From positions 1-64,000 of the forward strand of contig JALMLS010000186.1 of assembly GCA_038496445.1 (NCBI GenBank): DNA of 64,000 nt. Direction: 5' to 3'. This stretch comes from Trichosphaerium sp. ATCC 40318 (lineage: Eukaryota; Protista; Tubulinea). The position numbers and the translations under genes were made by a program. How positions within the stretch are numbered: the first letter of the stretch is position 1; every line of letters starts with the position of its first letter. The notes below the pieces were generated by a model, which was given only the letters and a program-made list of their open reading frames with translations, made no database searches and was not told where the DNA came from. This document shows, piece after piece, positions 55,501-64,000 of the stretch.

Positions 55501-56134
55501 TGAGAGTAACACAGGATAAACTAAGGGTGACATGGTGTACCTTACTAAGTAACACGGAATAAACTAAGTGTACCTTACTAAGAGGAACACGGAATAAACT
55601 AAGGGTAACACGGAATAAACTAAGAGTAACATAAAGGTATGACCTAAGAGTAACAGTATACCTTACTACGCGTAACACGAAAAGGTATGACCTGAGAGTA
55701 ACACAGGATAAACTAAGGGTGACATGGTGTACCTTACTAAGTAACACGGAATAAACTAAGGGTAACACGGAATAAACTAAGAGTAACATAAAGGTATGAC
55801 CTAAGAGTAACACGGGATAAACTAAGGGTGCATGGTGTACCAAGTAACACGGAATAAACTAAGAGTAACATAAAGGTATAACCTAAGAGTAACACGGGAT
55901 AAACTAAGGGTGCATGGTGTACCAAGTAACACGGAATAAACTAAGAGTAACACAGTGTACCTTACTACATGTAACACGAAAAGGTATGACCTGAGAGTAA
56001 CACAGGATAAACTAAGGGTGACATGGTGTACCTTACTAAGTAACACGGGATAAACTAGGGTAACATGGAATAAACTAAGAGTAACACAGTGTACCTTACT
56101 AAGAGTAACACGGAATAACTAAAGGTGACATGGT
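55501..56134. repeat. Complex modular minisatellite
   Basis: About 21-bp GTAACACGGAATAAACTAAG(A/G) modules shuffled with GGTGTACCTTACTAA and AAAGGTATGACCT. Higher-order blocks restart at 55501, 55693 and 55992. Confidence 0.92.
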
Positions 56135-56194
56135 ATGAGATAAGGAAGGTAAACTTAGCGCCAAAAAAAGTAACCAGTAAAAACAAGTGCAATC

Positions 56195-58365
56195 ATGGCA
56201 TGGCAGCTGTTGTAATAGACCCAGGCGTGGGAGACCTTAATTTAATAAGTTGGGTGCCAAATGAGCGTGCAATTGTTTACACAAGCTCTGCACGCTCACA
56301 TGGGTACCAATTTACTCGAAAGGGCAGCCTCATAAAAAAAACCCTGAGAAGATTTCATACTATTTTGAATGCAATCACTCGGAATGTTCAGCACGCTTAA
56401 ACATACACTCTCACAAAACAAAAGTTGGCAAAATAGGCATGGTGAAGTTAACAAAACGTGAGTTTCTTTGTAGAAAATGTTGTTTAAAAAGTGTAGAACA
56501 TGTTCCTGGGTGCACTCCAGATCCAGTAAAGAACTTTAAGTTGAAATATTCCATTGGACACGAAATTCAAACAGATTATAAAAAAGGAGTGTCTAAAAGG
56601 GTGATCGTGCGTAGCAAGGTGTTTTTAAAGTATTCAATTGCTGTTTAGGCTATTAATACTTTATGTGCTGCGAAAAACCCTTTAAATGCTTCCATAGTAC
56701 CAACAAACAATGCGTTAACGTATAGAGTGCGTCTACAACGTGCAGAAGGAAGAAAAAACCCTGAGGTACCTTTTGCATCATAATCTTTTTTATATGCTAT
56801 TTAAGGCTTACTCTATGCCAACAGGTGTTCGCAAACATCAAACTAAAGTACCGAGAAGCAGTGTATATAAATATGGCCAAACACACTGTCATATCATACA
56901 TTGAGCCTTTAGCTGTACCTTTAATAGAACAGTTAAATAAACAAACATTGTTTGTGGATGCTGTTCACAACTCAACGGATGCTGGATCTCACGTAAAGAA
57001 AAAGACACAATTTTTTTGCTTATTTTTTTTTTGTAGACATTAATGTATTGGTTGAAAGCTGTTGGCCCTGTTGCATCTAAGGGAACTAATATCGGATGGG
57101 CTTTAACAGAAGGTAAAACATTACCAGAGTATGTGTATGCTTTTGAGCATCTAAACGAAGTTTTTGGTCCTGTCTTTTTACGGATGATGGCTGACTGTGA
57201 GGTCAATTTGAAAAAAGGTAAAAAAACTGACTGAAAAAATGTTAATTTAACGCTTAGCTGCTTTCAAAGTTTGGGGAGATGATATGCCTGTCTACCACTG
57301 TTTATTTCATGTGGCAGAAGCTCATAGAAGGAATCGTATGAAATGTGGGTTGGGTGGAGAAAAGAACAAGGCCGAATATGCTTGGTGTACCCAGTTTAGT
57401 AAGGATTTAACAACTTGTCCGGAGGAAAAGCAGTTTTGGAAGCTTTGGAATAAATTCAAAGAGGTACATTGTATTTTGAGTGGTTGTAGTACTAATGGTT
57501 GTTATCTACAGGATGCTATAATAGCAGGTGGTAATATCAAAAAATATATGCAATATTTAGAAGACAATTATGTAACACCAAGCAATGATGTCAGCAAGTA
57601 CACGTTTTTATTGGTTCTACATATGTTGCTTACATTCTTTTAGGTTTCCTCCTAAGACATGGGCTCAGTTTTGTTGTAACAACCCAGAACATCTCAATAA
57701 TCGAACCAATAATATTAGTGAAGGCAACAACAGCGATGTTCAACAGGTGCTTAAATTATATGGTGCCAAAGGAAGTATCACTGATCACGTAGTTGACACT
57801 CTTGTTAAATACACTGTAGCCAGTTGTAAAGAAGCACTTTGTGTTATAGAAGGTGTTAAAGGCAGTGGTACCCCTCATTCTACTACAGAAAAAAGGAAAC
57901 AAGCTGCTTTAAAAAAAGATGAACAAAAAAGTACTACCCTTACAACGTTCTTTAAATAATGTTAATGTTTTATTTGTAGAAGTAAACAATACTCCTCTGG
58001 TCTTGAGTATGCAACACAAAATTGACAAAAAAAGAAAAAAACGGGAAGAAAAAGAAAGAAAGGAAGAAGAAAAAAAGAAGAAAGCAAATCGCAAGCGCAA
58101 AAGCCTAAAACCTTCAATGGTACCACCTAAAAAAAAGAGAAAGACTGTGATCATTGTACGACACAAAAAACCCCTTCTTTCTAGTACTAAAAAGAAAAGA
58201 ATTATCATCATAAAACAAAAAAAAGCTCTTGGACTTGCAGCTGGTTTAAGCCATGAAGTTAAACAAGTGCTACCTGATGGAGAGGTTGTGTTAAAACAGC
58301 GCTTACAAACACAGCATACAAAGCGTGTTTCAGTGCCTGTACAACGCTTTGGAGCGACTCAATAA
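56195..58365 (+). CDS. Inner MULE transposase (spliced; one apparent frameshift)
   Basis: YYFECNHSECSARL zinc finger, LFVDAVH, MMADCE, HCLFH, RTNNISEG and a Lys/Arg-rich tail. Start approximate. Confidence 0.85.
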
Positions 58366-61159
58366 ATATACCATTTTTTCCTTATTTATTAAGTTGTCTG
58401 AAGGTCTATGACATTAGCAGATTGTGTTACACTTTGAAACAATGCTGTAGTGGCTTTGGGGAGTATACTAAGGTGTAAAACAACTATTGGGACAGGATAA
58501 AAAAGTGGCGATTTTGAAAAAAAAAAGTGGAGATTTTCATGATCACGGACAAATGATATTACATCATTTGTGGCTTGAACAATTCTAGATGATTCAGGGT
58601 ACATCATCCGAATGTTTGAGTAAACCTGTGGGCATGTTAATCCAAGCATAATAAAAAACCAATACCTCATGGTGCATATCCTTTTCGTGGTGCACTCTAC
58701 GCGCCAGGTATGCCATGTTATTAGCGTTAGGTACCTCATAGCCATTAAGAGGATCTTTAGATTCATCTTGTAAAAAAGCTTTATACTAGTACATAAAAAC
58801 AATTAGTGATAGATGCTGATGTCATTTTTCATACCACACTTCGTTTTGGTATTTTGCATGCCAGATCTTTTTTAATGCTAGTTTTTGCGCCAGTTCCAAG
58901 TTTTAATTTATGAACGGGAATAGGGAGGCACTGTAGAGAATGCCCTAACAATTTTGGTTATTTTAAACTTCAATTAAACTGTTGTTGTTTATAGTACCTT
59001 CTGTTTGTCTGATATCCAACACTTGAGCATGTTCAGCGTCTTTACCAGCTCTTGAGACAATCTGTAACTTAGCTGTACAAATCCCGCGTCTTTTGCAACG
59101 GTAATACCATGTAATCCCTTTGTGTGTGTTTGCATGGCGTATGTGACTATATTGTCGAGCCCACTTTTTCTCTTTTGAACAATAAAAAACAGGGTTGTTT
59201 CCTTGGTTCCATGCAAGCAGCTTGACGTTACCTATTGATGGTATTGCTGGCCGTAATGGTGGCTCATTAGCGTCCAACATCAAACACAAATAGTAAGTAT
59301 GGCTTGTTAAGTGATGTAGGATCTTTCAAACGCTCATAACACAATGTTCAAGGCTGTGTATACACTTCTTGAAGTTGTTTACAGATTTTTGTTATACTTA
59401 CCTCCCATGTTACAAAAAAGTAACTATTGATATCTCATGGTATGTTAGAAGCACTGTAGACATATTTCACCAATTGTAAAAAAGTATGGAGCAAAATCAA
59501 AAGATAATAAAGTAAACCATCTCGCAAGTACCTACACTATGCTTTTCTACGCGCAAAAACTCTCTTACAGTACAATATGCTGCTGTTGTGAAATAAAAAC
59601 CTTAAACGGGTTAAAAATTTGCAAAATGCATCACTATGTACTGTTTAAGGTGTAGTAGTACATACCATGTGAGATACGTGTAAAACCACATGGTACATTT
59701 AAAGCAAAAAAAAAACCCAACACGTGTTTTTTCTAAATCGGGCATCACTTTGTATTTTCAACTCAAATACTTTGTTTCTGGCTGTGCGTGCTGAAAATAA
59801 TTTTTACAGCATTTTGTAACAAAGTTGACAACATCGTAAATATTGACAAAAAAAGTTGACAAAGTTACTATCACGGTAAATCCAACTTCAAAGGCTATAA
59901 AAAAATCAATCCAGAACATAGAAGCTAAGATAGCACCCAGAATGAGAAACGCTAGGACCTTTTGAAGAATCAGTATTACGACCAAAACAAACATTAATCA
60001 ATTGCTACCTTTGAGATTATAATCTGTGTTGCTGGTGATCTAAGATTCTTTTTTATTCTCATCACCTTACGTAAGCCAATTATAAAATATATCAATAGTT
60101 GTTTAGTCAAAATAGTTTCAACCACAATGTAAAGGAAATATTTCTTATGCAAATATAGCTTGTTTTCATGAAAGAGTATGCTCGCTGTAATACTATTTCC
60201 AAGTTGAAGTAAAAAGTCTGATATTATCAATACAGTTATTGTTATGTTTGTTAAATATTCACATCTTATATCCTTTGTATTGAACTTCCAAAGGCATTGA
60301 GTGTACCTCAATAGATTCAATGCCCAAGCTGTATCACTACAAAAATTAAATGAGGATTTCCCACTTTTCTGGTTTACAAAAGGCACGTGCATTAACCAAA
60401 CACAGACACCATTAAAAAACCCATCCAACACTACAGGTAAGGTTTTTCTTGCTCCAAGTGGGTCAATACCATACCAGGTCATTCGCACTAGTTAGCTATT
60501 ACTGGAATTACAATAATTAAGGCTTAGTGTACATAAAACTCCCATAATTATTGCAGCTCGTTGTAGACGCATCAAAATCTTTGTAGAACCGCCTCCATGC
60601 CTAAAAATAAAACTTTAGCTAAATGCTGTCATTCTCGAGACTTTTTAGAAGTGAAAAAACACGTGTTTAGTTGGCAACTAATAAACAGTTTGTTATTACA
60701 CAATTCTTTGGTTTATGCGTTTTTGAATTGATTTCTCTCGGAAGAGAGAAATCAAGGATAAAGATAACGTTATAATACCAAAGCTGTTGAAAATACATAT
60801 GGTGGGAGAAGGGGTTCAAAATCACGTGTTTAGCAAACGGTTTTTTTGTGTCTGCATTAAAACTCGTTATCTTACCTCAAATAATTGATCAACATACTAA
60901 GAAACCAAACCATAAAATGAGTTGTACCAAGCAACAATCCCCATAAACAAGCTCCAGTAAGTTTAAAAGCGAGCTGATAGCCTTGACTATATATTTCCAT
61001 TTGAAATGATTTTCTAGAAACAAGACGACAGTCAACTGTTGTCTGCGAACAGTCAGCTATACTTCCTCTGTAGTATTCATGCTGTCTAAGCATTACTGCT
61101 TGACTGTGTCTGCGCTGTGATAAGCATTAGGTTACTTTTACTATTGGAGTGTACGTTGT

Positions 61160-62094
61160 CATTTGCATTATGGGATAGTAACACATTGAACCTTTAATTT
61201 ACCTGCTTGTGGAAATAATCGTTCATATCCTGAAACAAGGCTCTTTTACGCTCCGCTCAGCACAAACATGCCGTTTTTTGCGAGGTATTGTTCACAACCA
61301 TGTTGGATATGGCGTAATAATGGTTAAAAGCGAAAGGGAAATATCTCTTCTTTCTGGAAGCCCTTTACTTCAAAAATACCTCTATTGATACTGTTTTGAC
61401 TTTAGAAAATATCAGATACAGCTGTTACAGATAATGGTGTCAAGGCATTGGCTGGTGTTCACGAGATTGATTTAGAAGGTACTGCAATTACAGATGAATG
61501 TTTGAAGTACTTAGTTGGTGTTCATACTATTACCTTATATAATACACAGGCAACTAAAGAGGGTACCAAGGTATTGATTGGTGTACATAAAGTTAAATGG
61601 GCAAGTAATAATTATTTGTGGAAGCTATGACTTGTAAGCTATGTGTTGTAAATCGTTCCAATGAACTTTAGTTTGTTGTCTGCTTTGGCCAGTCTGAGTT
61701 GACGGACCACGTCTAAATGAAGCTTGTGTAAGCCAACGCACATGTGATGCCACCTAAACTTGTCAGTAGGGCCTGTCTCAAGCCAGAATCTAAAACTCTG
61801 CTTTTAAGTGAGTGCTTCCTAAGCTAATCCTGTTTTCGTAGCATACACCGTATCTATATGGCTCTATGATAAAATTGTCAACAAGTTTTTAGTCAGAAAG
61901 CTGTATACAGTGCTCTACAAGAATCTTGGTCGATAATACTCATAAATCTAGTGTAAAAAAAACACGAAGAATAGCGCAAATATTAATGGTGAATATGTCG
62001 AATGTCCAGAGGTAGAGAACCGCCAAGCCATAATTATTCAAGTAACTAGGGTGGATTTTGATGCACCTGAAAGGAGTATCTTGGGAATGGGAAG
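61160..62094 (+). pseudogene. Inverted, further-decayed copy of the F-box-like/LRR segment
   Basis: Matches the reverse complement of 45093-46201, with a frameshifted start and an internal deletion near 61413. Confidence 0.8.
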
Positions 62095-62480
62095 ACAACT
62101 TCAATTCGAATGTCTTTATTATTTTACAACAGACACTTGATTTAACCTTATACGACAGCGCAGCACTACCGTTAACCTTCAGCTGAAAATGCAACCATTC
62201 TGAGCGAGTAGGATCCTCGGGTGATGTACAATTGTAATTGCGTTAGCTCAATTATTTGAGATATCTTGTGGTTATCCCAAACTGACTAAAAACTAGTCTG
62301 ATACGCTATAGTTGCGATTCTATGTTCTTGCATAGGAAATTACTGTCTACAGTACGAAAACGTGATCAAGACTTACTGCCTGTACAAAAGTCCAATTGTA
62401 CAAAAAAAATCTGGTTTTTTTCTTGTCTACAAGAAGTCCTACACGTAACAAAAAGCAAAGTTGAAAATTGTATCTATGAC

Positions 62481-63170
62481 TCAATAGCGAACGTAGTTTT
62501 CAGTCCAATGTCCACGTTCTGGAGGAGTGAACGAGAAGCGAGCTGTCATCGATTTTCTGAAAATAATCTTTTTTCTTGTTACATCATGACATCTTTGAAG
62601 ATACTTTACTGTACTGCTCATTTCTATATCTTCTTTTCTAAACCAAACAGGTATCCGCGTTTTTTGACCACGTCTTGCTGAGAATTCTATTTCAAAAGAC
62701 GGAAACTGGCACTGATAAATTACAACGTCGTTTAAGAACACTGCACGCATTGAAGAAGCTTTTTCGACTTTTGCAAGCCGGTATGCCTTGAGAACCCTTT
62801 TCATGCTTACAAAGCATCCGCATGGTATGACAGTAGTCTGTGAATGATAAAAATCCATCCGACAGTACTTTTGGTGTCGTTTGAAGATAGCATAAAAGTA
62901 CTTCCGTGGTTTCTTGCTCTCTGCGGCTAATCTGGTAGTGTACAATCTCTTCCACGATATTTTATCACCATTAGCTCGTTTTCTGGTGAAAAGTTGTAAA
63001 TCGCGGCTACAATGCTTTCTCCATGTCCTCCACGCGTTAGATATTGTTTTATGCCATGAATAGCAAACATTAGTACAGTTAAGCATAGAGAATGCGTCAA
63101 GGTACTCAACGAACAGATGAGCCCATAAATGCTCATCCACACGTAGATATTGCGGGGTTTTTTGCGACAT
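62481..63170 (-). CDS. Intronless F-box-like protein, unknown C-terminus
   Basis: 229-aa ORF. EHLWAHLFVEYLDAFSMLNCTNVCYSW...WRKHC fits an F-box pattern. Paralogue at 25 kb. Confidence 0.7.
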   Translation of the reverse strand: MSQKTPQYLRVDEHLWAHLFVEYLDAFSMLNCTNVCYSWHKTISNAWRTWRKHCSRDLQLFTRKRANGDKISWKRLYTTRLAAESKKPRKYFYAIFKRHQKYCRMDFYHSQTTVIPCGCFVSMKRVLKAYRLAKVEKASSMRAVFLNDVVIYQCQFPSFEIEFSARRGQKTRIPVWFRKEDIEMSSTVKYLQRCHDVTRKKIIFRKSMTARFSFTPPERGHWTENYVRY

Positions 63171-63422
63171 TGAGACAGTACGGAAAATTAGTAAACTAAT
63201 TGTGACTTTTCAACTGAAGTGGCACGTGTTCGGGCAGTTTTTGAACAGCAAGTTACAAACAAGGTTAAGCACTTTGCAACTAAATGAATAGAACTTTCTA
63301 AGTGTCGGACTTGGGTGTAGAATCTCTATTATCTACATGCCATGTACAGACAGCAAATTTTGTCCTGACCATGTGTGACTAAGGCGGTACAGAGTAAACT
63401 TAACCATCAGTTCCTGTTAACA

Positions 63423-64000
63423 ATGGCAGCTCCTTCTGATGCTGAACTTTCGAAAGATTTTACTTTAAACGATGGCACAAAGGGTCATTTAATAGTTAAG
63501 AGTGGCGATACAACTACAATCGAGCTGGTTTTTCCTGAGCATACGTGGTCTAGCACGAACGGACTCCAAACAATTCTTCAGGTCCTCTCACGACAAGCGC
63601 TGATTACAGAGCTAGAAAAAGATACATTTTCAATCACTAGAGCAAACCAGGTGACTCAAACTGTCAGTTGAGTCGTATCTTACATAATTATCCTAGAGCG
63701 AATACCATTTAACATGTGATCTTCTTCAAAGTCCTATTGTATTCCAACAATTGAAGGCGCACACTGCGCTAGAACAACACCTTCTTACACAGGTCACTGA
63801 TCTTCAAAAGCAAGTCACTGATCTTAAAGATAATGCGTTCATCAAAGGGATTGCTATACTTGAGGACAGACTTCCAGCTAATGGTCCAGGCACGTGATAT
63901 TTAGAGTTTTTCAATATAGTGCAAGTTAACGGAAAGACAGGAGGCGAGGCTAAAAACCAACAATGGTCAAGAAGACACTTCAATACAGTAGCAATCAACA
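63423..64000 (+). CDS. Partial spliced gene: coiled coil + phage-tail-like motif
   Basis: MAAPSDAEL..., VTDLQKQVTDLK, then IAILEDRLPANGPGGEAKNQQWSRRHFNT across a GC-AG intron. Runs off the end of the window. Confidence 0.55.

Larger units (their letters stand above)
53904..58547 (+). mobile_element. Mutator-like element (inner)
   Basis: 8-bp TSD GACAAATG at 53896-53903 and 58548-58555. About 27-bp imperfect TIR: GGTGACATGCAAAATCGCCACTTTTT vs CGTGATCATGAAAATCTCCACTTTTT. Confidence 0.9.
52634..59280 (-). pseudogene. Outer MULE transposase, interrupted by the inner element
   Basis: N-terminal WYYRCKRRGICTAK (WRKY/GCM1/FLYWCH-like) lies to the right of the insert. FVDGTF, MTDGE, CIYH and RTNNISEG lie to the left. 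Confidence 0.88.
51287..59875 (-). mobile_element. Mutator-like element (outer)
   Basis: 8-bp TSD GTAAATCC at 51279-51286 and 59876-59883. Imperfect TIRs GGTGACAG...CTATCACG with repeated GTCAACTT. Encodes a MULE transposase. Confidence 0.88.
50976..61000 (-). pseudogene. 7TM paralogue C, split by an 8.6-kb transposon stack
   Basis: Removing 51287-59875 plus one TSD copy rejoins ...FIAFEVGFT-WWRNF in frame. Exon 2 is also partly deleted. Confidence 0.85.

Noticed and set aside
55501-56134. CRISPR-like array, or the 131-aa ORF at 55448-55843
   Set aside because: There are no unique spacers and no cas genes, and the ORFs simply translate the repeat.
51304-59889. Alternative 7-bp TSD CAACTTC for the outer element
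   Set aside because: It also restores the frame, but it leaves no TIR at the ends. The 8-bp GTAAATCC abuts the TIRs and gives the same end signature as the inner element.
1-64000. tRNA, rRNA or viral hallmark genes
   Set aside because: None recognised by eye; a covariance-model or HMM search is needed to exclude them.

Overview
AT-rich, intron-dense eukaryotic DNA with short introns. It is most likely amoebozoan, judging by a CLU-domain/LRR gene, a C2-arrestin-SAM gene with the Dictyostelium AdcB/C architecture, an ependymin-like gene and a Zn2Cys6 factor. Host genes include an arylsulfatase with a PAN insert, a zincin, an ABCB half-transporter, two inverted CotH-kinase/lamin-tail-domain paralogues, three 7TM paralogues, and about nine small F-box-like genes or pseudogenes (fused to PH, MORN, LRR or unknown domains). 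Mobile DNA includes a piggyBac-like end abutting a truncated P450 and a nested transposon stack. In that stack a Mutator-like element (51287-59875, TSD GTAAATCC) splits a 7TM gene, a second one (53904-58547, TSD GACAAATG) splits the first element's transposase, and a hAT-like MITE sits near the left end. The most unexpected signal is the palindrome CACGTG. I count at least 44 copies by eye, against about 6 expected at an assumed ~35% GC. It also forms the 5' splice site (GCACGTG) of all seven GC-AG introns I could infer. Gene models were assembled by eye, so exon boundaries are approximate unless stated.
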